The notes beneath the pieces were generated by a model. The model saw nothing but the letters and a program-made list of their open reading frames with translations. It was not told the origin of the DNA and searched no databases. Shown one piece after another: positions 47,815-57,839 of a DNA stretch of 64,000 nt. The position numbers and the translations under genes were made by a program. Origin of the DNA: Roseibacillus sp. Lineage in GTDB: Bacteria; Verrucomicrobiota; Verrucomicrobiia; Verrucomicrobiales; Akkermansiaceae. How positions within the stretch are numbered: the first letter of the stretch is position 1; each line of letters begins with the position of its first letter. Where the stretch lies: assembly GCA_965242925.1 (NCBI GenBank), contig CBDEUM010000037.1, forward strand, positions 1-64,000, given 5' to 3'.

Positions 47815-50157
47815 ATGAGATCATCGAGATTGACCATGGCTGCGGTGCTCGCCTTGGCGGGGACAGCCTCCGCGGAGGATGTGAAGGAGTTTGAGAAGAA
47901 GATCGAACCCCTTCTGCAGGACTATTGTTACGACTGCCATGGAGATGGCTCCAAGAAGGGGGAAGTCTCGCTCGACGCGTTTAAGGACCTGTCCAGCCAT
48001 CTCGAGGACCGCGATCTGTGGCTGCGCGTATGGAAAAACGTGCGAAGCGAACTCATGCCGCCCCCCGAGGAGGACTTCCAACCGACGTCCGAGGAACGCA
48101 GGGTCCTCACCTCGTGGATCGAGAAGCGGGTTCTGAAGCTTGATCCGGAGAACCCTGACCCAGGGCGGGTGACCATTCGGCGCCTGAATCGCGAGGAGTA
48201 TCGCAATACAATCGGGGATCTGGTCGGTGTTCGCTACAACGTGGACGATAATTTTCCTCCTGACGATACCGGGTTCGGATTCGATACGATTGGGGACGTT
48301 CTCACGATTTCCCCCCTGCTCCTTGAAAAGTATCTGATGGCGGCAGAGGGGATCGCCGAGCTTGCCCTTCCCTCCACGCAGATCCGGAGACGGCCGATTG
48401 TAATTGATCCCGGGAACTTCCGACAACGGGATAACAGGGAGCAGAGCGCACGCTTCATGGAGGCCGACAAGATGCACACGGTGGGGGTGGACCGTCGCTT
48501 CAGCAAAGCAGGAAAATACGATCTGGAAGTGACCTACCGGATTGAAAATGAGCGGGGGCGACCGCAGGGGCAGACGGCCAACTGGAGAATCCTTGTCGAT
48601 GGAAGGGAGCTTGAGCGGGTAGACGTGAGTGGTGCCCGTCGTTCAGGTGGGGTCTTCAGGAAAGAGATTGATTTGAGTGAAGGAGGCCATCGCTTTGAGT
48701 TTTCCATCGTCCCGGGTAAACCTGGGGAGGGGGAAGGGACCTGGGGGGTGCGGGTGGAGGACTACAGACTGATCCGCCAGGCCGGCAGCGAATGGGCATT
48801 ATATCCTGAGAGCTATCGACGGATCTTCTTCAAGGGACTGCCTCCGGACGGAGAGCAGGAGAGGGAAACCTACATGAGAGAGATCGTGGAACGCTTCGCC
48901 ACCAGAGTATTCCGGCGGCCAGCGGAAAAGAGGACGGTGGACGGTCTGACCCGGATGGCGCTGAACCGGACCAGGGAGGAGAATGCCAAGTTTGTTGATG
49001 GAGTGAAACTGGCGGTCACGGCGGCCCTGACGTCGCCGCGCTTTCTTTTCCGCAGTGAGGTGCAGGCCGAGCCTGACAACCCGGGCAAGGTTGTGGCGGT
49101 GGACGAGCTTGCTCTGGCCTCTCGCCTCTCCTACTTCCTTTGGAGTTCGGCGCCCGACGAGGATTTATTTGCGCTGGCTGTAAAAGGTGAACTGCGTGAC
49201 AACCTGCGGACTCAGGTTGATCGCATGCTGGCCGACAGGAAGGCCGACCGCATGGTGCGAAACTTCGTAGGCCAGTGGCTGCAGGCGCGGGACCTGGGAG
49301 GCTTGAACATTGATGTGCGGCGCATCCTCGGGGAACGTAACAAGCGGTTCGCGGAGCGGATCTTCGACCAGGAGATACGGCGCGACATGAAGCTTGAGAC
49401 TGAGCTCTTTTTCCAGCATATGGTGCGCGAGAATCGGCCGGTGCTGGAATTGCTCAACGCGAAGTATTCCTTCCTCAACGAAAGTCTGGCCAAGTTCTAT
49501 GGCGTGCCCGGGGTGAAAGGGCGAGTGCATCGCCGGGTGGAATTCGGAGAGGACCTGTGGGCGCGTGGGGGCATTCTTACACAGGGAACGTTTCTGATCG
49601 TGACTTCGCAGCCGACCCGCACTTCGCCGGTCAAGCGTGGGCTCTTTGTGCTTGAGAATATCCTCGGGACGCCCGCGCCGCCGGCTCCACCCGATGTGCC
49701 AGAGTTGGAAGAGGCGCGGAAGGAAGTCAGCAGCGGAACGATGCGGGAACTGATGGTCGAGCACCGCCAGAAGGCCTTGTGCAAATCGTGCCATGAGCGC
49801 ATGGATCCGATCGGGCTGGCGCTCGAGAATTTCAACGCAATTGGGCAGTGGAGAGAGGAAGAGGGGGGAACCCCCATTGACAGTGCAGGCCAGCTCGTGA
49901 CGGGGGAAAAGTTCTCAAACGTAATGGAGCTGAAAGAGATCCTGGCCAGCTCCCGGAAGCAGGACTTCTATCGGTGCCTGACGGAGAAGATGCTCACTTA
50001 TGCCCTGGGACGAGGGGTGGAATACTACGACGCTCCCACGGTGGATTCCATTGTCGCTCTCCTGAACCGTAATGACGGGACGATGGTGGATCTGATCAAA
50101 GGAATCGTGGAGAGTACGCCCTTCCAGAAGCGGCGGGGAGATGGTGACCGGCTGTAA
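47815..50157 (+). CDS. DUF1592-type planctomycete cytochrome c protein (DUF1587/1595/1592/1588/1585)
   Basis: CYDCHG, RRLNREEYRNTI, ELALASRLSYFLWSS, TSPVKRG, CKSCHERMDPIG, YALGRG. Confidence 0.9.
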   Translation: MRSSRLTMAAVLALAGTASAEDVKEFEKKIEPLLQDYCYDCHGDGSKKGEVSLDAFKDLSSHLEDRDLWLRVWKNVRSELMPPPEEDFQPTSEERRVLTSWIEKRVLKLDPENPDPGRVTIRRLNREEYRNTIGDLVGVRYNVDDNFPPDDTGFGFDTIGDVLTISPLLLEKYLMAAEGIAELALPSTQIRRRPIVIDPGNFRQRDNREQSARFMEADKMHTVGVDRRFSKAGKYDLEVTYRIENERGRPQGQTANWRILVDGRELERVDVSGARRSGGVFRKEIDLSEGGHRFEFSIVPGKPGEGEGTWGVRVEDYRLIRQAGSEWALYPESYRRIFFKGLPPDGEQERETYMREIVERFATRVFRRPAEKRTVDGLTRMALNRTREENAKFVDGVKLAVTAALTSPRFLFRSEVQAEPDNPGKVVAVDELALASRLSYFLWSSAPDEDLFALAVKGELRDNLRTQVDRMLADRKADRMVRNFVGQWLQARDLGGLNIDVRRILGERNKRFAERIFDQEIRRDMKLETELFFQHMVRENRPVLELLNAKYSFLNESLAKFYGVPGVKGRVHRRVEFGEDLWARGGILTQGTFLIVTSQPTRTSPVKRGLFVLENILGTPAPPAPPDVPELEEARKEVSSGTMRELMVEHRQKALCKSCHERMDPIGLALENFNAIGQWREEEGGTPIDSAGQLVTGEKFSNVMELKEILASSRKQDFYRCLTEKMLTYALGRGVEYYDAPTVDSIVALLNRNDGTMVDLIKGIVESTPFQKRRGDGDRL

Positions 50158-50237
50158 AAGCAGGGGTTCGTGGTGTCATTTCTTCGGGTGACGATTTCTG
50201 TACGAAGTTCCTGAGGAATGGCGTATACTCGGGCTAG

Positions 50238-51599
50238 ATGAGTGAAGAGCAAATCCTTCCGGGCCGCCGGACCTTCCTCCGTGGACTGGGAGCGAGTGTC
50301 GCCCTCCCCGGGCTGGGTTCTGTGGGATTGGCCCGGGCTGCAGCGGGTGCCCGGGGGGTGACCGCCAGCGGAGCGCCGCTGCGGATGGCCTATCTCTGCC
50401 TTCCCAATGGAGTCATCATGAACAAATGGCGTCCCCAGGGTGTGGGGAAGGAGTTTGTGTTTAATGAGTCAATGAAGCCGTTGGAGAAGTTCCGGAACGA
50501 TCTCCAGATCTTGAAGGGACTCGAGCAGGCCAACGGCTGGGGTGGTCGCGATGGAGCAGGTGATCACGCGCGCGGGAATGCTACTTTCCTGACGGGGTCC
50601 CGCCCGAGGAAAACGTCGGGGTCGGACATCCGGCTGGGGATTTCAGTCGATCAGATGGCCGCCAATCATCTCGGCAGGGAGACTCGCCTGCCCTCCCTGG
50701 AGCTTTCCTGTGACGGCGTGCGAAAGTCTGGCAACTGCGACTCGGGGTATTCCTGTGCTTACCAGTTTAATATCTCCTGGCGGTCCGCGACCCAGCCGAT
50801 GACCCCCGAGTCAAATCCGCGGCTTGTCTTTGAGCGTCTGTTCGGGGGCGGGTCCCGGGCGGAGCGGGAGGAGAACCGCGCCAGGCGTCGGGCCGAGCAG
50901 CGTTCCATACTCGACTTTGTCCTCGAGGATGCCAAGGCCATGGAGAAACGCCTTGGCGGGAATGATCAGCAGAAGCTTGACGAGTACATGACCGGTGTCC
51001 GCGAGATTGAGCAACAGCTCGAAAAGGCGGAAAGGATGGGACCACCTCCTGAGCCGGGGGTGCCGGCACCTGAGAATGGAGTGCCCCGGCACTACCATGA
51101 GCATATCAAGATCATGTTTGATATGATGATCCTGGCCTTCCGCAGCGACCAGACCCGGATCGCCAGTTTCCTGCTCGCGCATGATGGGAGTAATCGTACT
51201 TTTCCAACCCATGGAGTGACTGAGGGGCATCATGGCCTCTCCCATCACCAGGGTAACGGGTCCAAGATCGACAAGATTACCCGGATCGACACCTTTTACC
51301 TCGAGCAGCTCGCCTATTTCCTGGATCGCATGCGCAACACCAAGGATGTTGATGGAAAACCGCTGTTATACAACTCGATGATCGTGTGGGGAGGCGGACT
51401 TTCCGATGGGAATAGCCACAGCCACAACGACCTGCCCGTTATCCTGGCGGGACATGCGGGCGGCAAGTTCCGGACGGGTCGGCATGTTGATCTCAAGACG
51501 GATGTGCCCTTAAACAATCTTTACCTGCGGATGCTCGGAGAGGTTGGCGCGCCAACGGGACGCCTCGGTGATTCGACCGGGATCCTGAAGGAGGTGTAG
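50238..51599 (+). CDS. DUF1552 family protein
   Basis: RRTFLRG Tat motif; PNG; GISVDQ; CDSGYSCAY; HHGLSHH; HSHNDLP. Confidence 0.9.
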   Translation: MSEEQILPGRRTFLRGLGASVALPGLGSVGLARAAAGARGVTASGAPLRMAYLCLPNGVIMNKWRPQGVGKEFVFNESMKPLEKFRNDLQILKGLEQANGWGGRDGAGDHARGNATFLTGSRPRKTSGSDIRLGISVDQMAANHLGRETRLPSLELSCDGVRKSGNCDSGYSCAYQFNISWRSATQPMTPESNPRLVFERLFGGGSRAEREENRARRRAEQRSILDFVLEDAKAMEKRLGGNDQQKLDEYMTGVREIEQQLEKAERMGPPPEPGVPAPENGVPRHYHEHIKIMFDMMILAFRSDQTRIASFLLAHDGSNRTFPTHGVTEGHHGLSHHQGNGSKIDKITRIDTFYLEQLAYFLDRMRNTKDVDGKPLLYNSMIVWGGGLSDGNSHSHNDLPVILAGHAGGKFRTGRHVDLKTDVPLNNLYLRMLGEVGAPTGRLGDSTGILKEV

Positions 51600-51684
51600 A
51601 CTCTCTGGTTCCAGTCGGGAGGGAAGTCGGCGTTTTGCTGGCGCAGGGTGAACTGCGTGGGTATACAGGGTTGATCCGATCCCG

Positions 51685-54600
51685 ATGAGGCTTTCAACCA
51701 AGTTGCTTCTCACCACCTGCATTTCGCCGGCTCTGATCTGGCTGGTGGGTGTCTATGTGGTGAAGGCTTCGCAGGACCAGCTTCGCGCAGCCATCCAGAC
51801 CGCTGCCATGGCGGAGGTTCGCTCCATGCAGGAGGAGATCGACCGCCTGCTCAGGGCGCGCACCAACACCTGGGAGAAGTTCTCCAAGGACGAGGAGGTG
51901 ATTGCCACTCTGGTCAAGTCGAACGAGATGCTGCGCAAAAAGGAGGGCCTCGTGGAGGAGATTGCGCTGGTTTGGAGTGACGAGGAGAGGCGAAGGAACC
52001 TTCCGGACGGGGTCCTGGACCGCTCCCTCTCACGTGAGCTCGGCTCCACCGTCGACAAGATGACCGAGTTGAGCGGGGGCACGGAGATCTTCCATGGGGT
52101 GATGCTGACCAATGCCTTCGGCGGGATCGTGGCCCAGAGCAGTCCCACTGCCGGGTATCTGCACGATGGCAGCGTCTGGTGGCAGGAGGCAAAGGCCAGC
52201 AGTCCCTACATAGGAGATGTGACCGTAGGCCGGGATGGGAACCGCCAGGAGGAGGTTTCCATCTCCTTCTGCCTCAGGATCAATGACCAGGAGGGCGAGT
52301 TCGTGGGGATCATGCGCGTGGAGATCAACCTGCAGGAGGTGCTGGATGTAGTCGACTCTTACGCGCGACGGGGGGGACGGGATCAAGGCATGGTGCTTCT
52401 GAACAGTGAAGGTCAGTTGATCCGGATCGGTGGCAGGGGAAGAACCCGGACCCTGTCTGATGGGCGTCGATATCTTGTGCCCAACGAGAGCGGCAGACTG
52501 GAGGGGACACAGGTTCTCGAGAAGGATGCATCCGGTCGGGAACAGGTTTACACCTATGCGGTTCCCCCGGAAGAGGGGATAGTGAGCAGTCTTGGCTGGC
52601 TGGCGGTCCACACTGCGGAGGCGGACACCCTGCTCGCTCCGGTCCGACAGTTGCGGAACAATGTCATTCTGGCTGCCGCAATGGCAACCATTCTGGGAGT
52701 GGCGGTAATGCTCTGGGTTGTTTTTCCTGTCTCCCGGAGGATGAAGAGGTTGGTGGAAGCCACCAAGCAAATCGGGAAGGGAACGACCGAGGCGCCCATC
52801 TCGGTGGCCGGGCGCGATGAGCTATCCGAGCTCAGCCACGAGTTCAATCAGATGAGGGCTCGGCTGGGGGAGGCGCAGAAAAAACTGAGGGAGGCCATGG
52901 AGCGGGCCAAGGAGGCCAGCAAGGCGAAGGGTGATTTCCTTGCCAACATGAGCCATGAAATACGCACCCCCATGAACGCCATCATGGGGATCACGGAGCT
53001 GACTTTGGGAACGAATCTCACCGAGGAGCAACGCCATTACCAGATTCTTGTGGAGCAGTCGGCCCAGGCACTCCTCATGCTGCTGAACGACATTCTCGAT
53101 TACTCCAAGATCGAGGCGGGCAAACTGGAACTGGAGCGTCGGGAGTTTGATCTGCGTGGCTCAGTGGGCGACATGCTCCATACCCTTTTTCCCCGTGCGG
53201 CCGAGAAGGATCTGGAGTTGGCCTTCCGGGTGGATCCTGCGGTTCCCAGGATTCTGGCAGGCGATCTGACCCGGTTGCGTCAGGTGGTTGTCAACCTGGT
53301 GGGTAATGCTCTGAAGTTCACCGACCAGGGGGAGGTTCTGGTAAGTGTGGAGGCTGGGAAGAAACTGGATGGGCAGATCGAACTTCTGTTCAAGGTGAGG
53401 GATACGGGGGTCGGAGTGCGGGCTGACCGGACGGAAACGATCTTCGAGATGTTTGAACAGGCTGACAGTTCCACTACGAGGGAGTTTGGAGGTTCTGGAC
53501 TGGGATTGGCTATCTCGAGGCGCATCGTGAAGAAGATGGGAGGCGAGATCTGGGTGGAGAGCGTGGAGGGAGAGGGCAGCACCTTTTATTTCACGGGAAT
53601 CTTTGATGTGGGGGCGACGGAGAAGAGCAGCGAGGCCGACATCCTGCGGTCGCTGGATGGACTCCCCGTCCTGGTGGTCGAAGACAATACAACCCAACGG
53701 GAGATCGTGGGCGAAATGCTCAACAACTGGCGAATGACCGGCATCCTCTGTCCGGATGCGGAAAGCGCCCTGGCCAAGCTGGAGGAGCTGGAGAGGGAAG
53801 GACAGGAGGTGAAACTGGGGATCATCGATCGCGCCATGCCGGGTACGGATGGACTTCAGCTGGCGAGGCGCATCCGGGGACAGTCGCGTTGGTCTGACCT
53901 GCCAATGATCCTGCTCGGCTCAGTGAGCGAGGGCACCCCGGACCGGGAGATCGGTGAACTGGGAATTATGAAGGTCGTGAACAAGCCGATCAAGCACTCG
54001 ATGTTGCTCGATGCCATCATGCTCACCATGGGAATGGGGAACAGATTGCCGCGGCTGAGGGATGGCGAGGCCGGGGAGCATCAGAGCGGGGTGGCTCCGA
54101 TGGAAATTCTCCTGGCGGAGGACGGGAAGGTCAATCAACTGGTCGCGGTTCGCCTGCTTGAAAGGCGGGGACACCGGGTCACGGTGGTCGAGAACGGACT
54201 GGAAGCGGTGGACCGTGCAAGAAAGGAGGACTTCGACGTGATCCTGATGGACATACAGATGCCGCTGATGAGTGGATTCGAGGCCTCCCAGGAAATCCGG
54301 GCACGGGAACAGAAGACGGGTGGGCACGTTCCCATCATCGCCATGACTGCGTATGCCATGCCCGGGGACAGCGAGGAGTGCCTGAACGCCGGAATGGACG
54401 ATTACATCTCCAAACCTATCGAATCGGACGAATTCTACGGGGTGGTGGAGCGCTTTGGATCTGGAACCGCGGCCGTGGGCGAGCCCATCGGGGTGGAGGT
54501 GGTTTCCGAGTCCGAAACGGAAGAGATACAGTGCGACGGGAAGGAACCGGATGAGAAGGTCTTTGATCCGGACGGGTTTCGAAGTCGTATCGGGGATGAG

Positions 54601-54912
54601 TTGTTGATGTGTGAACTCATCCGCATTTTCGAGGAAGAATCGGGAGCAATGCGGGAGAGTCTCATGGAGGCCGAGCGGAAGGGTGATGCCGGGGCTCTGC
54701 ACGAAGCAGCCCACCGCCTGAAGGGCCTGGTGGGGAACTACTGCGCCAGTCGCACATGGGATTGCGTGACGGAACTGGATGAACGGGTTGCCGCGGGTGA
54801 CCTCGTGGCGGCGAGCGAACTGGTGTTCGCGTTCGAACGGGAGCTCAGATTCCTGGAAGATGCCCTGCGGGAGTTCCGTGAACTGCTGGAGACCAAGCTG
54901 CAGCCTTCCTGA
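51685..54912 (+). CDS. Hybrid sensor histidine kinase (periplasmic Cache-like sensor, HAMP, HisKA, HATPase, 2 REC, Hpt)
   Basis: Two TMs; FLANMSHEIRTPMN; NLVGNALKFT; DTGVG; GSGLGL; two receiver domains; AAHRLKG. Confidence 0.93.
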   Translation: MRLSTKLLLTTCISPALIWLVGVYVVKASQDQLRAAIQTAAMAEVRSMQEEIDRLLRARTNTWEKFSKDEEVIATLVKSNEMLRKKEGLVEEIALVWSDEERRRNLPDGVLDRSLSRELGSTVDKMTELSGGTEIFHGVMLTNAFGGIVAQSSPTAGYLHDGSVWWQEAKASSPYIGDVTVGRDGNRQEEVSISFCLRINDQEGEFVGIMRVEINLQEVLDVVDSYARRGGRDQGMVLLNSEGQLIRIGGRGRTRTLSDGRRYLVPNESGRLEGTQVLEKDASGREQVYTYAVPPEEGIVSSLGWLAVHTAEADTLLAPVRQLRNNVILAAAMATILGVAVMLWVVFPVSRRMKRLVEATKQIGKGTTEAPISVAGRDELSELSHEFNQMRARLGEAQKKLREAMERAKEASKAKGDFLANMSHEIRTPMNAIMGITELTLGTNLTEEQRHYQILVEQSAQALLMLLNDILDYSKIEAGKLELERREFDLRGSVGDMLHTLFPRAAEKDLELAFRVDPAVPRILAGDLTRLRQVVVNLVGNALKFTDQGEVLVSVEAGKKLDGQIELLFKVRDTGVGVRADRTETIFEMFEQADSSTTREFGGSGLGLAISRRIVKKMGGEIWVESVEGEGSTFYFTGIFDVGATEKSSEADILRSLDGLPVLVVEDNTTQREIVGEMLNNWRMTGILCPDAESALAKLEELEREGQEVKLGIIDRAMPGTDGLQLARRIRGQSRWSDLPMILLGSVSEGTPDREIGELGIMKVVNKPIKHSMLLDAIMLTMGMGNRLPRLRDGEAGEHQSGVAPMEILLAEDGKVNQLVAVRLLERRGHRVTVVENGLEAVDRARKEDFDVILMDIQMPLMSGFEASQEIRAREQKTGGHVPIIAMTAYAMPGDSEECLNAGMDDYISKPIESDEFYGVVERFGSGTAAVGEPIGVEVVSESETEEIQCDGKEPDEKVFDPDGFRSRIGDELLMCELIRIFEEESGAMRESLMEAERKGDAGALHEAAHRLKGLVGNYCASRTWDCVTELDERVAAGDLVAASELVFAFERELRFLEDALREFRELLETKLQPS

Positions 54913-54936
54913 AGGGGATGCCCGTCTGGAGAACTG

Positions 54937-55521
54937 TCAGAGAAGAGTGGCCGCAAAGGCGCGGGCGTCCGGGAAAAAGCGGAGGAAGGTTTCTTCAAAG
55001 GTGTTGTATTTCCCCAAGAGGTCCTCGATCGAGTCCTTGATGGGCGCTATACGGGGAGAGCGCCGGGCGACCCGTTCCAGGGTAAGGGTAATGCCCTCCG
55101 GGGAGCCGTAACGATGAAGCCAGTTTTCCGAGCGCAGGCGAGGAGCCACGGCGGCTAGTTTCGGGCTGAGCCAGTCGGGATGGCGTTGCAGCGAGGCATG
55201 AACCGCCTCGATGAAGAGGGGAAGTGGTTGCACGGAATACTCGTGCCAGTGCCGGGACAGGAAGTGGTCGAAAAAGATATCGACCACGATTCCAGCAAAA
55301 CGCCTTCGTTCCGGGGCGAGCAGGCTGCGAGCTCGGAGGAACTGCTCGTGGCGGTCCGTGAAGCGGTCGAGTTTGCGGTGCATGACGATGCCTGCGATGA
55401 CTTCCACGGGATAGTCCCCCTCCAGGGAGGTGGGGGTGCCCTTCACAAAGTCGCCCAGGAGATTTCCGATGCGGGAGGCATCGGTGGGTCCGGCGAGGTA
55501 GAGATGGGCGAGGTAGTTCAA
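54937..55521 (-). CDS. acpH: ACP phosphodiesterase
   Basis: MNYLAHLYL, GNLLGDFVKG, HRKLDRFTD, DIFFDHFL; TTG start. Confidence 0.9.
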   Translation of the reverse strand: MNYLAHLYLAGPTDASRIGNLLGDFVKGTPTSLEGDYPVEVIAGIVMHRKLDRFTDRHEQFLRARSLLAPERRRFAGIVVDIFFDHFLSRHWHEYSVQPLPLFIEAVHASLQRHPDWLSPKLAAVAPRLRSENWLHRYGSPEGITLTLERVARRSPRIAPIKDSIEDLLGKYNTFEETFLRFFPDARAFAATLL

Positions 55522-55590
55522 GACTGAAAGCGATCATCGGTGTTTGGGTCGGGGTTGCAAACCTTCCCAGGATACGATGTGCTCCGGTTC

Positions 55591-56439
55591 ATGGAAGCGA
55601 CGGTCTGGATCAATGGCTCCCTGCGAGACGCGGCCGAGGGAGGGATTTCGCCTTTCGATCATGGAATTACGGTTGGCAACGGAGTGTTTGAAACGATGCT
55701 TTCCTGCGCGGGGACTCCCTTTGCCTTCACTCGTCATCACCAGCGGTTGCAACGATCGGCTGGAACGATGGGGCTTTCAGTGGGCTCACTGGAGGAGCTC
55801 CGGAGCGCCTGCCTCGAGGTCCTGCGGGCCAACGGATTGGTTGAGTGCCGGGCGCGCCTTCGCATCACGGTGACGGGAGGGCTGGCGCCCCTGGGCAGCG
55901 AGCGAGGCGAGGCGGGGGAGACCACTCTGGTGGCCGCTTCTCCCACGGTGGAGTGGGGCGAGACCGAGGATGTCTCCGTGGTTCCCTATTCCCGAAATGA
56001 AAACGGGGCTCTGGCGGGGGTGAAGACGACCTCCTATGGAGAAAACGTGGTGGCTCTGGCGGCGGCCAGGGCGAAGGGAGCAGGGGAGGCCATCTTTGCC
56101 AACACAAAGGGGGAACTGTGTGAAGGGACTGGTTCCAATGTGTTTCTCGTCAGCGAGGGTCTATTAGTAACGCCACCTCTGGAGAGCGGGTGCCTGGCTG
56201 GCGTAACGAGGGCCCTCGTCATCGAGTTGTGCGAAAAGGAAGGGCTTGAGGTCCGGGAGAAGGAGCTACCGGTGAGTGCCCTCGCCCGGGCGAGGGAGGC
56301 CTTTCTTACTTCAACAACGCGTGAGGTGCAGGCCATCAGGGCTGTGGATGGCGTAGTTCTGCCCGATGCTCCGGGTGAAGTGACGTTCCGGCTCCGGTCC
56401 GCCTTCCGTGCCTTGGCGGAGGGAGAAATCGATCCCTGA
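55591..56439 (+). CDS. Class IV PLP aminotransferase (IlvE/PabC/Dat family)
   Basis: DHGITVGNGVFET, HHQRL, KTTSY, EGTGSNVF, CLAGVTR, EAFLTST. Confidence 0.88.
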   Translation: MEATVWINGSLRDAAEGGISPFDHGITVGNGVFETMLSCAGTPFAFTRHHQRLQRSAGTMGLSVGSLEELRSACLEVLRANGLVECRARLRITVTGGLAPLGSERGEAGETTLVAASPTVEWGETEDVSVVPYSRNENGALAGVKTTSYGENVVALAAARAKGAGEAIFANTKGELCEGTGSNVFLVSEGLLVTPPLESGCLAGVTRALVIELCEKEGLEVREKELPVSALARAREAFLTSTTREVQAIRAVDGVVLPDAPGEVTFRLRSAFRALAEGEIDP

Positions 56440-56448
56440 TCGAGGGTG

Positions 56449-56835
56449 TCACCAGATGCGGTTGACGCCGTAATCGTCAAGGATCTCGTTGGGACTGACG
56501 AGGGCCGCGCTCTGTTCGAGGGCTTCGGCAACCAGAAGGCGGTCGAATGGATCACGGTGGTGACCGGGGAGGCGTGCGGTGCGCTCAAGGGCAGCCTGGC
56601 TCAGGGGGAGGAGTTCGAAACCCATTGATTGCAGGGTGGAATCGAACTCCTCGCCAAGACTGTAGGGAAGACGCAGCTTGCCCAGGCCGGTTTTTACCGC
56701 AAGCTCCCATGGAGTAACGGAACTAATGAGGGAGCGGGAGTCGAGGCTCTCAATGAGCCCGGCTGCAGTTTCGGAAAGTTCGGAGGCTCCTTCGAGAAAC
56801 CAGACCACCGTATTGGAGTCGAGCAGGAGGTTCAT
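56449..56835 (-). CDS. vapC: PIN-domain VapC-family toxin
   Basis: LLLDSN, WELAVK..LGKL, HHRDPFDRLLVAEA. Confidence 0.88.
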   Translation of the reverse strand: MNLLLDSNTVVWFLEGASELSETAAGLIESLDSRSLISSVTPWELAVKTGLGKLRLPYSLGEEFDSTLQSMGFELLPLSQAALERTARLPGHHRDPFDRLLVAEALEQSAALVSPNEILDDYGVNRIW

Positions 56836-56883
56836 GGGGAGGGGGAACGGGTGGAGGGAGAGGACTCAGTACTCCTGAAGCAA

Positions 56884-56913
56884 CCAGACCCCGGGACGAG
56901 TCCCGGGGTCCGG
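56884..56913 (-). terminator. GC-rich hairpin between antitoxin and toxin
   Basis: Perfect inverted repeat GACCCCGGGAC (56887-56897) / GTCCCGGGGTC (56900-56910), extendable by 3 bp on the minus strand and followed by TTGCTT. Confidence 0.45.
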
Positions 56914-57109
56914 CAGGGCAGGGGGTTTGCAGGGTAGCAGTAAAGGGAGGGGACAGTGTGAACTCTGGACGGGGGATTGCTCTAAGGGTGGGTCAGGTAG
57001 GGGCAGGGGTAATCTTGTGCCAAGGGTTGAACGGTTAAGGGGTGAACAGTCTTGTCCCGCGTCTGCTTTGGAAGGGGCGAGGCAGGAAAGGTGGGCAGTT
57101 AAAAGGTAG

Positions 57110-57319
57110 TTACAAAGGTTCGTCGAAGTCGGCGGCCATCCAGAAACCGGGACCACTGGCGGTGCCCCGCTGAGGGGAGACTGGTTGCCCGGTGGGGGGA
57201 CGAAGTTCGGCTACTGTGCGGCCATGCTTGGTGATCTGGAACACCTCACCTTCGGACATGATCTGTGCCACGATGGCACTGAGCTTGGTCTTGGCCTCAA
57301 AGATTCCAATTCGTCTCAC
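57110..57319 (-). CDS. Phd/YefM-family antitoxin, possibly C-terminally truncated
   Basis: GTG start; IFEAKTKLS, ITKHGRTVAEL, C-terminal DFDEPL. Confidence 0.85.
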   Translation of the reverse strand: MRRIGIFEAKTKLSAIVAQIMSEGEVFQITKHGRTVAELRPPTGQPVSPQRGTASGPGFWMAADFDEPL

Positions 57320-57325
57320 CAGATA

Positions 57326-57346
57326 TAAACTAGTCTAACTAGTTTA
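57326..57346. promoter_or_regulatory. Palindromic operator and promoter of the TA module
   Basis: TAAACTAGT-cta-ACTAGTTTA perfect 9-bp inverted repeat 6 nt upstream of the antitoxin GTG. It overlaps minus-strand TAGACT/TAAACT -10-like hexamers in an AT-rich patch. Confidence 0.7.
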
Positions 57347-57502
57347 AAATGGAAAGACCAAAATAGGCAGAGAGTTGATTTTTCTTAAACAACTTAATGT
57401 CAGCAGCTTGCTCCAAAAGAGGGCGATTTCGAAGAGACGGGGCATTGACCCGCCCTCCGGACGGCAGGTGGGGGTGCCTTGAAGCCAGGAGACCGGCTTG
57501 GC

Positions 57503-57649
57503 TCAGAACTTCAGGAACTTCCGCAGGCGTTCCAGCTGGTTCTGGCAGGGGGCCTTGACGAGGAAGGGCTCCTTGCAAAGCCAGCGCCGGGTGACCGGCC
57601 GCTGACAGGTAAAGCTCTCGAAGCCAAAACGACCGCGATAGCGGTCTTC
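57503..57649 (-). pseudogene. C-terminal remnant of an aldehyde dehydrogenase (ALDH3/coniferyl-aldehyde DH-like)
   Basis: Manual translation gives *EDRYRGRFGFESFTCQRPVTRRWLCKEPFLVKAPCQNQLERLRKFLKF*, resembling the G.Y.G..GF..F C-terminus of ALDH3. An in-frame TAG precedes it and there is no start codon. Confidence 0.5.
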
Positions 57650-57839
57650 CTACCATTTACGAGTCGGCTCGCATCAGTTCCAACCTGATCTGCGAGCAGG
57701 TTGGTTCCATTTATGAACCGGTGATCTTACTACGCCCCTCCTGGCGGAGAGGGAGTGAAGGGCCAGAAGGCAGGCAGGGGAGAGGGGGAGCCCCTTCTGG
57801 GGACAACCATGCCGGGGTGGAGGAGACCGGAACTGCTGG

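Noticed and set aside
56866..57156. 96-aa Pro/Leu-rich ORF as a third TA component
   Set aside because: Low-complexity product of the C-rich insert; overlaps the antitoxin out of frame; no motif.
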